From positions 140,821 through 204,820 of the forward strand of contig JACIYJ010000003.1 of assembly GCA_014360015.1 (NCBI GenBank): a stretch of DNA of 64,000 bases, written 5' to 3'. The DNA is from Candidatus Aminicenantes bacterium. Its GTDB lineage: Bacteria; Acidobacteriota; Aminicenantia; Aminicenantales; Saccharicenantaceae. Shown here piece by piece: positions 21,269 through 31,956 of this stretch; positions within the stretch are counted from its first letter, which is position 1; each line of letters starts with the position of its first letter. A model generated the notes under the pieces. The model was not told the origin of the DNA and made no database searches. It worked only from the letters and a program-made list of their open reading frames with translations. Both the position numbers and the translations under genes were made by a program.

Positions 21269-23052
21269 AGCTGATCGTTCATGATAGACCCATGATTTCC
21301 GGTAGCAACCGGAAGAAGATCAAACTCCTGTCTGTCCTTCTATTGTTCTGGTTTTTGGTCATTATCGTTCGCCTTGTTGACCTACAGGTTCTGGAACATA
21401 AAAAATTGAAAGCCGAGGTTATCGAACAGAGTCAGGACCTGATTACCGTCCTGCCCACCAGAGGTACTATTTTTGACCGCAATGGAAAAATTTTAGCCAG
21501 AAGTCTGCCAGCAGCTTCAGTATTCTTTTCGCCGGTTAAAGAAGAGCCTCTGGATAAACAGATTGAGAATGTCTATCTGCTAAAAGGCATTCTTGAGCTC
21601 AACGATTCAGAGATAAAAAGGATCGTTAATTCCATAGAGAAAAGAAAAAGGTTCACCTGGATAAAAAGAAAAATCCCGGTTGAGGTAGCCGAGAGAATCC
21701 GAAGCCTGAAGTTGCCCGGGATTTACCTGCTCGAAGAAAACAGACGGTTTTATCCTCAATGTTCCTTAGCCGCTCATGTCCTGGGCGGAGTGAACGTGGA
21801 TGATTATGGTCTGGCCGGAGTTGAATATGTTTACAACTCAGCTCTCCGTGGTGAAGAAGGTCAGCAGCTGATCATGAAGGATGCTCGTAAGAAAGAGTAC
21901 TTCATCGAAACCATCAAAGAAACAAAACCGGGAAAAGATATCTACTTAACGATCGACTCCACCATCCAATACATAGCCGAAAAAGAGCTGCAACAAGCCG
22001 TGGAGAAATTCAAGGCGGAGTGGGGCACGGTAATTATCTCTATTCCGCGCACCGGAGAAATTCTGGCCATGGCCAGTTACCCAAGCTACGACCCTAACTT
22101 TTTCCCACCCCAGGAAAAAGCCATGGTCAACAGGGCCATCCAGCATACTTACGAGCCTGGGTCAACAGTTAAGATTGTCACCGCGGCCGCAGCCAGAGAG
22201 CTGGCTAACATCAGCCTTCAGACATATTACGACTGCAGCCAGGGTTTTATTGCCTTTGGCGGCACAACCGTTAGAGACCACGTCCGGATGGGTGTTTTGA
22301 GCTTTCCGGAAGTTTTTATCCATTCATCTAACGTCGGCTCGATCAAAATCGCTGAGATGACCGGCGAAGAAAACCTTTACCGGATGTTCAAAGCCTTCGG
22401 GTTCGGAGAAAAAACTGGTATCGACCTTCCGGGTGAAGAATCAGGGGTGGTTCATCCGCTGGAAAAATGGCGCAAATCTTCCCTCCGGGTGGCTATCGGC
22501 TACGAAATCTCAGCCACTCCCCTACAGATCTTGAGGGCGATGAATGTTTATGCCACGGGTGGTTACCTGGTAAAACCAAAGGTGACCATCGACCGGCCAC
22601 AACCGGCCTGGAGTGTGGTTGAAGCCAGTCTCAATTCTTCAGAAGAATTTCCCAGAATCATCTCTCAGAAAACAGTTAGCGAGCTGGTTGAGCTGGTGTT
22701 TAAACAGGTGGTCGAAAAAGGCACTGGGACAGAAGCCCGGATCGATGGTTATGAAATCGCCGGAAAAACGGGCACAGCTCAGAAATTTGACCCGGCGATT
22801 AAAGCCTATTCCTATTCCAAACATGTGGCTTCCTTTGTGGGTTTTGCCCCGGCTGACAACCCGGCCATTTCCATGATCGTGGTCATTGATGAACCTAAGG
22901 GTCCGCTGCAGTACGGCGGCCAGGTGGCGGCTCCGGTATTTAGAGAGATCGCCAGAAAGGTTCTTCTTTATCTTCATCAGGCACCACAAAAATTGCCGGA
23001 AAAAATGATCATTGCCAGGCAAATTCAGAAAAAGGCAGGAGTAACCGACTGA
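21265..23052 (+). CDS. ftsI: Peptidoglycan D,D-transpeptidase FtsI (class B PBP)
   Basis: An N-terminal TM anchor and a PBP dimerisation domain are followed by the transpeptidase motifs STVK, SSN and KTGT. Confidence 0.9.
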   Translation: MKLIVHDRPMISGSNRKKIKLLSVLLLFWFLVIIVRLVDLQVLEHKKLKAEVIEQSQDLITVLPTRGTIFDRNGKILARSLPAASVFFSPVKEEPLDKQIENVYLLKGILELNDSEIKRIVNSIEKRKRFTWIKRKIPVEVAERIRSLKLPGIYLLEENRRFYPQCSLAAHVLGGVNVDDYGLAGVEYVYNSALRGEEGQQLIMKDARKKEYFIETIKETKPGKDIYLTIDSTIQYIAEKELQQAVEKFKAEWGTVIISIPRTGEILAMASYPSYDPNFFPPQEKAMVNRAIQHTYEPGSTVKIVTAAAARELANISLQTYYDCSQGFIAFGGTTVRDHVRMGVLSFPEVFIHSSNVGSIKIAEMTGEENLYRMFKAFGFGEKTGIDLPGEESGVVHPLEKWRKSSLRVAIGYEISATPLQILRAMNVYATGGYLVKPKVTIDRPQPAWSVVEASLNSSEEFPRIISQKTVSELVELVFKQVVEKGTGTEARIDGYEIAGKTGTAQKFDPAIKAYSYSKHVASFVGFAPADNPAISMIVVIDEPKGPLQYGGQVAAPVFREIARKVLLYLHQAPQKLPEKMIIARQIQKKAGVTD

Positions 23053-23053
23053 G

Positions 23054-24520
23054 ATGAAACTCAAAGAGTTATTAAAAAACGTCCAGCTGGTCAATTACTC
23101 AGGTTATGATGACCTTGAAGTTACCGGCATCGCCTACTCTTCCAGACAGGTTGAGCCGGGAAATGTCTTTGTGGCTATTAAAGGACAAAAGGCCGACGGC
23201 CATGATTTTTTGCCTGAGGCCTTAGAAAAAGGGGCCGCAGCCGTGGTTTCTGAACGACCCAGACCAGCTGGAGTCGAAATAAGCTGGGCTCAGGTGGTTG
23301 AGGCCAGAGAAGCCCTGGCTCTGATGGCGGCGGTCTTTTACGATAATCCATCCCTGAAGCTTAAAACTGTCGGAATTACCGGGACTAAAGGTAAAACCAC
23401 TATCACTTACATCCTCGAAGAAATTCTAAAAGCTGCCGGTTATACTCCTGGTGTTGTTGGGACTATCGATTATCGCTGGAAAGATAAAAAAATTTTAGCG
23501 GAACGGACGACTCCTGAAGCACCCGATATTCAGAGGATTTTAAAGCAGATGGTGGAAGATGGGGTCAGCCACTGTCTAATGGAAGTTTCTTCTCATTCTT
23601 TGGAATTTAAAAGAGTGCTGGGAATCGGATTTGATATAGCCATTTTTACCAATCTCAGCGGCGAACACCTTGATTATCACCAGACGATGGAAAATTATTT
23701 TGAAGCCAAAAAAAGACTTTTCTTCCTGAACCATAAAAGACAGGCTTCGATCGTCAACATCGATGACCCCTGGGGTCAGAGGTTGATATCAGAGCTGCCG
23801 ATGCGGACTATAAGCTTCGGTTTCACTCCGGAAGCTCTCATTCGAGCCGAGAGATTTTCTGTAGAAGAAAATGGCATGAAAGCCACTGTCTCTTACCCTG
23901 GTGGCAAATTGAAATTCACCTCGGCTCTAATCGGTAAGCATAATCTTTACAACCTGTTGGCAGCAATTTCAGCTGCCCTGGTCTTTTCCATTCCTCCGCA
24001 GACCATTGTCAAGGGAATAAGCTCTTTGAAGTCGGTGCCAGGAAGGTTTGAACTCGTACCCAATAACCTGGGAATAAAAGTCATCGTCGATTATGCTCAC
24101 ACTGATAATGCCATGGAAAATCTCCTGGAGACGGTCAGAAGTTTAAAGCCAAAGAGAATCATCCTGGTATTTGGCTGTGGTGGCGACCGCGACCGCAGCA
24201 AGCGGCCAAGAATGGGCGAGGTAGCTGCCCGTATGGCTGACTGGACAATAATAACTTCAGATAATCCCAGGTCAGAAGATCCCGAAAAAATTATTGCCGA
24301 GATTGAACAGGGGTTCCATAAAGCCGGAAACCGGAACTATGAAAAAATTGCTGACCGCAAAATAGCTATCGAGAAAGCTCTCATGATGGCCAGAAAGGGC
24401 GATTATGTAGTAATCGCCGGCAAGGGTCATGAAACTTACCAGATTTTTAAAGACCGGACAATACCTTTCAGTGATGTCGAAACTGCCAGAGAAATTCTGA
24501 ACGAAATGGAGAAAAAATAA
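23054..24520 (+). CDS. murE: UDP-N-acetylmuramoyl-L-alanyl-D-glutamate--2,6-diaminopimelate ligase
   Basis: Mur ligase P-loop GITGTKGKTT is present. The DNPR motif (DNPRSEDP) indicates meso-DAP specificity. Confidence 0.9.
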   Translation: MKLKELLKNVQLVNYSGYDDLEVTGIAYSSRQVEPGNVFVAIKGQKADGHDFLPEALEKGAAAVVSERPRPAGVEISWAQVVEAREALALMAAVFYDNPSLKLKTVGITGTKGKTTITYILEEILKAAGYTPGVVGTIDYRWKDKKILAERTTPEAPDIQRILKQMVEDGVSHCLMEVSSHSLEFKRVLGIGFDIAIFTNLSGEHLDYHQTMENYFEAKKRLFFLNHKRQASIVNIDDPWGQRLISELPMRTISFGFTPEALIRAERFSVEENGMKATVSYPGGKLKFTSALIGKHNLYNLLAAISAALVFSIPPQTIVKGISSLKSVPGRFELVPNNLGIKVIVDYAHTDNAMENLLETVRSLKPKRIILVFGCGGDRDRSKRPRMGEVAARMADWTIITSDNPRSEDPEKIIAEIEQGFHKAGNRNYEKIADRKIAIEKALMMARKGDYVVIAGKGHETYQIFKDRTIPFSDVETAREILNEMEKK

Positions 24521-24521
24521 C

Positions 24522-25910
24522 ATGCCCGTTATGTACCTGGCTCGAATCGCTCAACTCGCAGGCGGAAAACTGGTGCAGGGTAACCCTGAAACTTTAATCC
24601 TGTCTTACACTTTCGATTCGAGGACTGTTTCACCCGGAGCTTTGTTCTTTGCTCTGAAGGGTACCAGGGACGGACATGAATTTATTCAGGATGCTTACAA
24701 AAAAGGAGCAATTGCTGCCTGCGTTTCAAAAGAAGTCAAAGGACTGCCTCCGGAATTCGGCCTGATTCTGGTTGATGATACTCTAAAAGCACTACAGAAC
24801 CTGGCAGCTAAGTTTCTGGTCGAAAGCCGGGTTAAAGTTGTGGGTATTACTGGAAGTATAGGTAAGACCTCCACTAAGGAGTTTACGGCCAGGCTTCTTT
24901 CCGCAAGGTTCAAGGTCCTTAAATCGCACGGCAACTTTAATAACCAGATTGGCCTGCCGATTTCTATTCTGTCCATGGATGGTTCTCACCAGATAGCTGT
25001 CCTGGAAATGGCCATGAGCCAGGCCGGTGAAATAAAAAGACTGACAGAAATAGCTCCACCTGATGTGGCTGTACTTACTGGAATTGCTCCGGTTCATCTG
25101 GAGTTTTTTAAGAGCCTTGAAGAGATCGCTCTGGCCAAAAAGGAAATTCTGGATGGAGCCAAACCAGGCGCTGTAGCTATTCTCAACGGTGATGATCCGC
25201 TGGTCAGGAAAATCGCTGATACTTATTCAAAAGGGCAGATTATCTTTTTCGGGACAAAGAAAGAATATCCGGTTAGAGCTGAGGATATCGAACATCAAGG
25301 GTTAGACGGAATCAGGTTCAATTTGGTCTATGGCCAGGAAAAAGCTGAAGTCAGAGTTCCCTTTCTCAATGAAGGGCTGGTCATCAACCTGCTGGCCGCC
25401 TGCGCCGTGGCTTTTTCTTATGACCTCAAGCTGGAAGAAATCCTCCCGGCTCTATCCGACTTACCAACCATAGAACATCGCGGTGAGCTCATCAAGCTCA
25501 GGGATGGGATTAAAATCTACGATGATTCTTATAATTCCAACCCGGTAGCTCTGGCCGGAGTTTTAAAGAGCCTTGGTCAGATTGAAGCCCGACGCAAAAT
25601 CGCTGTGCTCGGAGATATGCTGGAATTGGGACCTCAAGAGCCGGATTTCCATAGAGAGGTCGGAAAAAAGATTCCAGAATATGGCTGGGACCTGCTGGTT
25701 ACTGTGGGTCCAAGGGCAAAATATTTAGCCGAAGGGGCAGTTGAAAACGGTTTTAATCGTGATAAGATTTTCTCTTTTTTAGAGGCTGACGAAGCCAAGA
25801 GCGGGCTTAAAATTTTAATCCAGCCAGGCGATTTTCTCCTGATTAAAGGTTCCCGGGGTCTGGCCTTAGACCGAATCGTCCAGTTCCTGAAAAAAGAAAT
25901 GGAGGACTGA
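24522..25910 (+). CDS. murF: UDP-N-acetylmuramoyl-tripeptide--D-alanyl-D-alanine ligase
   Basis: Mur ligase P-loop GITGSIGKTSTKE is present. The gene sits between murE and mraY. Confidence 0.9.
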   Translation: MPVMYLARIAQLAGGKLVQGNPETLILSYTFDSRTVSPGALFFALKGTRDGHEFIQDAYKKGAIAACVSKEVKGLPPEFGLILVDDTLKALQNLAAKFLVESRVKVVGITGSIGKTSTKEFTARLLSARFKVLKSHGNFNNQIGLPISILSMDGSHQIAVLEMAMSQAGEIKRLTEIAPPDVAVLTGIAPVHLEFFKSLEEIALAKKEILDGAKPGAVAILNGDDPLVRKIADTYSKGQIIFFGTKKEYPVRAEDIEHQGLDGIRFNLVYGQEKAEVRVPFLNEGLVINLLAACAVAFSYDLKLEEILPALSDLPTIEHRGELIKLRDGIKIYDDSYNSNPVALAGVLKSLGQIEARRKIAVLGDMLELGPQEPDFHREVGKKIPEYGWDLLVTVGPRAKYLAEGAVENGFNRDKIFSFLEADEAKSGLKILIQPGDFLLIKGSRGLALDRIVQFLKKEMED

Positions 25911-25911
25911 A

Positions 25912-27000
25912 GTGCTATACTGGTTGCTTGTTCCACTCAGAGAATACTGGTTCTTTTTCAACGTCTTCCGCTACATCACGGTCAGAACTGCTCTGGCCGG
26001 AATCACGGCTCTTCTGATTATGTTCATCATTACCCCGTTGTTCATCCGTCTGCTGAAAAAGCATCAGATCGGTCAGGAAATAAGAGAAGAAGGGCCGTCA
26101 ACTCATCTGGCTAAAAAAGGTACTCCTTCTATGGGTGGAGTGATGATCATCGGAGCCACGGTGGTCTCCACCCTGCTCTGGGGTAATCTGAGTAATATCT
26201 ATGTCTGGCTGGCCACAGCCAGCATGATACTCTTTGGACTGATTGGTTTTGCTGATGATTTTATTAAATACCGGGCACGTCGCTCCTTAGGTTTAACCGC
26301 CAGACAGAAGTTGATATTCCAGTTCCTGGCTTCAGCCGCAATCGCTCTGACCCTGGTCCTCGTCGGACTTAAAGGGAAATTCGACCTGCACCTGACGTTT
26401 CCTTTTATCAAAGAGTGGACACCTTATCTGGGCTGGTTCTATCTGCCCTGGATTCTTTTCATCCTGGTTGGCTCTTCTAACGCCGTGAATTTAGCCGATG
26501 GTCTGGATGGGCTGGCTATCGGCCTGACTCTGATTGCTTCAGTAGCCCTGACCGCCCTGACCTATGTCGCCGGTCATGCTATCTGGTCTCAGTACCTTAA
26601 CATCCTTAGAGTTCCCTTAGCCGCAGAGCTGACTGTCTTTGCTGGGGCTATGTCTGGTGCCTGTCTGGGATTCCTCTGGTTTAACTGCCATCCGGCAGAG
26701 ATTTTTATGGGAGATGTGGGTGCCCTGTCTCTGGGTGGAACTCTTGGTCTCATCGCCATTCTAATCAAACAGGAATTTCTGCTGTTTGCCGTGGCTGGAG
26801 TTTTCATTCTGGAAGCCCTGTCGGTTTTGCTCCAGGTTTCTTACTTCAAGCTTTCTGGCGGCAAAAGAATTTTCAGGATGGCCCCTTTGCATCATCATTT
26901 TGAACTCGTCGGCTGGCCAGAAGAAAAAGTGGTCATCCGTTTCTGGATCATCGGAATAATCTTTGCTCTTTTCAGCTTAACTACCCTGAAGTTGAGGTAA
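25912..27000 (+). CDS. mraY: Phospho-N-acetylmuramoyl-pentapeptide transferase
   Basis: A polytopic membrane protein with the MraY motifs NAVNLADGLDGLA and HHHFE. It uses a GTG start. Confidence 0.9.
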   Translation: MLYWLLVPLREYWFFFNVFRYITVRTALAGITALLIMFIITPLFIRLLKKHQIGQEIREEGPSTHLAKKGTPSMGGVMIIGATVVSTLLWGNLSNIYVWLATASMILFGLIGFADDFIKYRARRSLGLTARQKLIFQFLASAAIALTLVLVGLKGKFDLHLTFPFIKEWTPYLGWFYLPWILFILVGSSNAVNLADGLDGLAIGLTLIASVALTALTYVAGHAIWSQYLNILRVPLAAELTVFAGAMSGACLGFLWFNCHPAEIFMGDVGALSLGGTLGLIAILIKQEFLLFAVAGVFILEALSVLLQVSYFKLSGGKRIFRMAPLHHHFELVGWPEEKVVIRFWIIGIIFALFSLTTLKLR

Positions 27001-27002
27001 AG

Positions 27003-28364
27003 ATGGAACTTAAAAATAAAAAAGTAGTGGTTGTTGGCTTCGGTAAAACTGGCCAGGCTCTTTGTGATTTTCTGCTGGAAAAACAGGCAGTGGTAACCGT
27101 CAGTGACAAAAAACCAGAAAGCCAGTTAGAAAATGTGGATATCTATAAAGAAAAGGGAGTTCACTTTGACACTGGAGCCCACCGTCTGGAACTGTTTCTG
27201 GAAGCTGACCTGGTCGTTCTAAGCCCTGGAGTTCCTCCGCTTCCAGAAATTCTGGCGGCCAGGGACAAAGGAATTAAAGTCATCTCAGAAATAGAACTGG
27301 CTTATCAATTTCTCAGAGGAAAAATCATCGGCATTACTGGCTCCAACGGCAAATCCACCACCACCACCCTCATTTACACTATCCTTAAAAACAGCGGATT
27401 TAAAGTGCACCTGACCGGTAATATTGGTACCCCCCTGATTTCTTTTGTCAGGAAAAGTAAGCCGGACCATCTCATAGTCACAGAAATTTCCAGTTTTCAA
27501 CTGGAATTTACAGAAAAATTCAGAACCGAGATTTCAGTCTTTCTGAACATTTCCCCGAATCATCTTGACTGGCATAAAACTTTTGACAATTATCTCCAGG
27601 CCAAAAAGAAACTGTTTAACCATCAACTCGCGACCGACAGAGTCATCATCAACCGCGACGATCCGAACTTATGGGCCTGGAGAAAAGAAAAACAGATTGA
27701 GCTCTATGCTTTCAGCCGAAAGCATCCGGTACCTCGAGGCTGCTACCTCAAGGACTCAACCCTCATGTTGAAGCTTGAGGAAGAACTTCCGGTTATAAAC
27801 GCCAAAGAAATCAAGCTGAGAGGGATTCACAATCAGGAAAACGTCATGGCTGCTGCCCTGACGGCTTACCTGGCTGGGGCTCGTATTCCCACCATCAGAA
27901 AGACCATAAGAAGTTTCAGAGGACTGGAACACCGGCTGGAAGAAGTTAGAACTATTAATGGCGTGCTCTTTGTCAACGATTCCAAAGCAACCACTGTTGC
28001 CGCCACCATCAAAGCCATCCAGAGTTTTGACCAACCAATCATTCTTATCCTCGGGGGGCGCGACAAAGGGGGAGATTTCTCCCCCTTACGTCGCGCTTTG
28101 AGAAACAAAGTCAGAAAAGTTCTGCTGATCGGCGAAGCTAAGGAAAAAATCAGAAAAGCCATAGAAGGTGTATGCCCGATAGAAGAAGTCAGCTCTTTTC
28201 GGCAGCTGGTGGAGAAAGGCTATGAAGCGGCCAGACCGGGGGAGGTAGTGCTCCTGGCTCCGGCCTGTACTTCATGGGATATGTTCAGGAACTTTGAAGA
28301 AAGAGGTCGATTGTTCAAGAAAGAAGTCAACTTGCTGGCCCGCAGAGTTAGAGGAAAGAAATGA
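27003..28364 (+). CDS. murD: UDP-N-acetylmuramoylalanine--D-glutamate ligase
   Basis: An N-terminal Rossmann-like domain (VVVVGFGKTG) is followed by the Mur ligase P-loop GITGSNGKSTTT. Confidence 0.9.
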   Translation: MELKNKKVVVVGFGKTGQALCDFLLEKQAVVTVSDKKPESQLENVDIYKEKGVHFDTGAHRLELFLEADLVVLSPGVPPLPEILAARDKGIKVISEIELAYQFLRGKIIGITGSNGKSTTTTLIYTILKNSGFKVHLTGNIGTPLISFVRKSKPDHLIVTEISSFQLEFTEKFRTEISVFLNISPNHLDWHKTFDNYLQAKKKLFNHQLATDRVIINRDDPNLWAWRKEKQIELYAFSRKHPVPRGCYLKDSTLMLKLEEELPVINAKEIKLRGIHNQENVMAAALTAYLAGARIPTIRKTIRSFRGLEHRLEEVRTINGVLFVNDSKATTVAATIKAIQSFDQPIILILGGRDKGGDFSPLRRALRNKVRKVLLIGEAKEKIRKAIEGVCPIEEVSSFRQLVEKGYEAARPGEVVLLAPACTSWDMFRNFEERGRLFKKEVNLLARRVRGKK

Positions 28365-29476
28365 TGGAAGTTTTTAAGAAATATTCGTTCGACAAGATTC
28401 TCCTGGTTAACACCCTTTTTCTGTTGATTCTGGGCATCATTATGGTCTTCAGCTCTTCGGCCATCCTGGCAGGAGAAAAGTACCACCAGAGCTTTTACTT
28501 TTTAACCCAGCAGATAATAGCCGCTGTCTTTGGCTCAATCCTGATGGTGGCCATCGCTTCAATCCGCAGTCCCTTTTTCACCCTGACCAAACTGGTTTAC
28601 TTAGCCACAGGTACCACCTTCCTGCTGCTTCTGCTCTGTCTGGTTATGCCACCGGTAGCCAACACTCATCGCTGGGTTCAGTTGTTTGGTGTGCGTTTCC
28701 AGCCTTCTGAGCTGGCTAAGATTGTTCTCATCCTCTTTCTGGCCAATTATTGCTCCAGAAAAGCTGACACCATCAATCACTGGAAAACCCTGCTGATTCC
28801 GGTCGGGGTAGTGATGTCTTTTGTTCTGGCCATTCTGGTAGAGCCCGATTACAGCACCGCGGCTTTCATCTTTCTGATCTCATCCATAATGTTATACTTA
28901 GGCGGAGTTAAGCTTAAACACTTTATCATTCCAGGATTGATTGCTCTGATTATTTTTGGTGTTTTCCTCTTCTCGGCCGACTACCGTCTTAACCGGGTGC
29001 ATGGATTTCTCGCGCCAGAAAAAGATCCCTTAGGCAAAGCTTTTCAGGTGAGGCAATCCAAACTGGCAGTCGGAGCTGGTGGGCTGCTGGGGGTAAGCCT
29101 CGGAGCTTCGACTCAGAAGCTCTATTTTCTTCCCTGCGCTCACACCGATTTCATCTTTGCCATTATCGGAGAAGAGATCGGGCTGGTCGGAACGATGTTT
29201 ACGGTCATCCTGTTTCTGGTCTTTCTGTTCCGGGGTTTGAAAATTGCTGACCGGTCTTCAAACAACAATTACCGATTGATCGCTTACGGACTGACCCTCA
29301 GCATAATCATCCAGGCACTGCTCAACATCAGTGTCGTGCTCGGCTTAGGTCCGGCCACAGGCATTCCTTTGCCCTTTATTTCTTTCGGTCGTTCAGCCCT
29401 GGTCTGCAACCTGATAGCTGTGGGAATCCTTCTTAACATTTCTCAGAGAAAGCTGGAGGTAAAATCAACTCTATGA
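28361..29476 (+). CDS. ftsW: Peptidoglycan glycosyltransferase FtsW (SEDS family)
   Basis: A 10-TM SEDS protein with QPSELAK and the conserved PLPF(I/L)S.GGSA region. Confidence 0.85.
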   Translation: MMEVFKKYSFDKILLVNTLFLLILGIIMVFSSSAILAGEKYHQSFYFLTQQIIAAVFGSILMVAIASIRSPFFTLTKLVYLATGTTFLLLLLCLVMPPVANTHRWVQLFGVRFQPSELAKIVLILFLANYCSRKADTINHWKTLLIPVGVVMSFVLAILVEPDYSTAAFIFLISSIMLYLGGVKLKHFIIPGLIALIIFGVFLFSADYRLNRVHGFLAPEKDPLGKAFQVRQSKLAVGAGGLLGVSLGASTQKLYFLPCAHTDFIFAIIGEEIGLVGTMFTVILFLVFLFRGLKIADRSSNNNYRLIAYGLTLSIIIQALLNISVVLGLGPATGIPLPFISFGRSALVCNLIAVGILLNISQRKLEVKSTL

Positions 29477-30567
29477 AGAGAACAACTGTGATCATTAGCG
29501 GCGGTGGTACAGGCGGACACCTCTACCCTGCTCTGGTTCTGGGACAGACCCTCAAACAACTTCAGCCCGACCTCTGGCTGGTCTATGTCGGAAGTTCCAG
29601 AGCAGTAGAAAAGAAAATAATGACTGAGCAGGCCACCACTTTTCTGACTCTACCCGTCGAAGGTCTTAAAGGCCGCGGCTGGAAAAAGCTCCGAGGACTT
29701 GTGCTTTTACCTTTCGCCTTTTTGGAATCCCTATTTATCCTGATAAAATTCCGGCCATCTCTGGTTATCGGAGTCGGTGGTTTCAGCTCCGGGCCGATCG
29801 TCCTCCTGGCTTCCTGGCTGGGGAAACCAACTATCATCCTCGAGCAAAACGCCCTGCCCGGTTTTACCAACAGAAAGCTCAGCCGTTGGGTAGATAAAGC
29901 TGTGGTTTCTTTTGCCAGTGCCCTCTCTTACTTTGGAGAAAAAGGAGTCTTGCTGGGCAATCCGGTAAGACCTGAATTTTATCGGATTCCAAAGAAAAAG
30001 CGCGAAGAAGCCTTAACCCTGCTGGTCTTCGGCGGCAGTCAGGGTTCAAAATTCCTGAACGACCGGATGATAGAATGTCTGCCATATCTCGGAGAACTCA
30101 AAAACTCCTTAATCATCTATCACCAAACCGGGGAAAAAGATTTTGAGCGAGTGGCTGAAGCCTACCGCCAGGCCGGCTTTGGTCGGGTTACAGTCAGTCC
30201 TTATTTTTCTCCTATGCCTGATTATTTCGCCCGGGCTGACCTTATCCTCTGTCGGGCGGGCGCTACTACCTGTGCTGAGCTCATCGCTGCTCATAAACCA
30301 GCCATTCTCGTCCCCTTTGCTCAGGCCGCAGACAATCACCAGGAATACAACGCTAAGGAACTGGAAAAGGCTGGTGGGGTTGAAGTTATTCTGGAAAAGG
30401 AATTCAGTCCGCAAGGTTTCATCGAAAAAATTAAATTTTACTTGAATCATAAAGAAGCTTTAGACCGGATGGAAGAGAACCTGAAAAAACTCAGTAAAGA
30501 AAACATCGCGGAAAACATCGCCCGGCTATGTCTGGAGATGATTGAATCATCCGGAAGGAGGTCATAG
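29473..30567 (+). CDS. murG: Undecaprenyldiphospho-muramoylpentapeptide beta-N-acetylglucosaminyltransferase
   Basis: GT-B fold with GGTGGH near the N-terminus and the conserved C-terminal (A/G)GA.T..E motif. Confidence 0.9.
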   Translation: MKRTTVIISGGGTGGHLYPALVLGQTLKQLQPDLWLVYVGSSRAVEKKIMTEQATTFLTLPVEGLKGRGWKKLRGLVLLPFAFLESLFILIKFRPSLVIGVGGFSSGPIVLLASWLGKPTIILEQNALPGFTNRKLSRWVDKAVVSFASALSYFGEKGVLLGNPVRPEFYRIPKKKREEALTLLVFGGSQGSKFLNDRMIECLPYLGELKNSLIIYHQTGEKDFERVAEAYRQAGFGRVTVSPYFSPMPDYFARADLILCRAGATTCAELIAAHKPAILVPFAQAADNHQEYNAKELEKAGGVEVILEKEFSPQGFIEKIKFYLNHKEALDRMEENLKKLSKENIAENIARLCLEMIESSGRRS

Positions 30568-31955
30568 TGGTCAGAAGAGGTTATCGCAAGCTCCATCGCA
30601 TTCATATGGTTGGTATAGGTGGCACCGGTATGTGCGGCATTGCTGAAGTCCTGTTGAATCTTGGTTACCAGGTTTCCGGTTCAGACCTTCAGGAGAACGA
30701 AGCTACGGCCAGACTGGCCAGGCTGGGAGCCAGAATCTATCTCGGTCATTCAGCCGATAACGTCAAAGAAGCCGATGTGGTGGTCATTTCTTCAGCCATA
30801 AGAGAAGATAATGTGGAAGTGGTCAAAGCCAAGGCTTTGAAAATACCGGTCATCCCCAGAGCTGAAATGCTGGCCGAACTCATGAGGATGAAATACGGCA
30901 TCGCCGTGGCCGGAGCTCATGGCAAGACCACCACCACTTCTATGACTGCCTTAGTCCTCGAAGCCGGTGGCTATGACCCGACCATCATCGTCGGCGGCCG
31001 TCTGAACACCATCGGTTCTAACGCCAAGCTGGGCGAAGGCGATTTCATAGTGGCTGAAGCTGATGAAAGCGACCGGTCCTTCCTGTATCTTTCACCTTTT
31101 ATCGCCGTTCTGACCAACATCGATGAAGAACATCTCGACCATTATGGAAATCTGGATGAGATAAAAAAGACCTTCATCAATTTTGCCAATAAAGTTCCTT
31201 TTTACTGCCCGGTAATACTCTGTCTTGATGACCCCAATCTGCAAAGTATCATTCCGGCTATTGAAAGAAAAATAATTACTTATGGCTTTTCTCCCCAGGC
31301 TGACATCCAAGCCAGAGATTTTACTTTTGCCGAATTTTCCAGCACTTCAACCCTTTATGCCTATGGTAAGAAACTCGGCCGGCTGAAGTTAAATGTCCCT
31401 GGAAAACACAACATCCTGAACGCCATGGCCGCTACCGCCGTTGGCCTGGACCTGGAGATTTCACCTAAAACCATTCTCAAAGCGCTGGAAGAATACACCG
31501 GGACAGGTCGCAGGTTCGAGCTAAAGAAAGTAGTTAATGACATCATGATTATTGAAGATTATGCCCATCATCCGACAGAAATAAAAGCTACTCTCGAAGC
31601 TGCCAGGACGGGCTGGAACCGGCGCTTAGTAGTGGTTTTTCAGCCACATCGCTACACCAGGCTGGCCAGATTGATGAACGATTTTGCCACCTCTTTCAAC
31701 CAGGCTGACGTCCTGGTCATTACCGAAATCTACCCAGCCGGCGAAGACCCGATTGAAGGAGTGAACGGGAAGGCCCTGTTTGAAGAAATCCAGAAATTTG
31801 GTCATAAAAACGTGAGTTTTGAGCCAATTCTGGCCAATGTCCCGGCCAGACTGGCTTCAATCCTGGCTCCTAAGGATATCCTGCTGGTCCTGGGAGCCGG
31901 GAATGTAAACCGGATAATTCCGGAAACCATAAAATTGCTGGAAGGGGAAAATTAA
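30567..31955 (+). CDS. murC: UDP-N-acetylmuramate--L-alanine ligase
   Basis: IHMVGIGGTGM is followed by the Mur ligase P-loop GAHGKTTTTSM. Confidence 0.9.
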   Translation: MVRRGYRKLHRIHMVGIGGTGMCGIAEVLLNLGYQVSGSDLQENEATARLARLGARIYLGHSADNVKEADVVVISSAIREDNVEVVKAKALKIPVIPRAEMLAELMRMKYGIAVAGAHGKTTTTSMTALVLEAGGYDPTIIVGGRLNTIGSNAKLGEGDFIVAEADESDRSFLYLSPFIAVLTNIDEEHLDHYGNLDEIKKTFINFANKVPFYCPVILCLDDPNLQSIIPAIERKIITYGFSPQADIQARDFTFAEFSSTSTLYAYGKKLGRLKLNVPGKHNILNAMAATAVGLDLEISPKTILKALEEYTGTGRRFELKKVVNDIMIIEDYAHHPTEIKATLEAARTGWNRRLVVVFQPHRYTRLARLMNDFATSFNQADVLVITEIYPAGEDPIEGVNGKALFEEIQKFGHKNVSFEPILANVPARLASILAPKDILLVLGAGNVNRIIPETIKLLEGEN

Positions 31956-31956
31956 A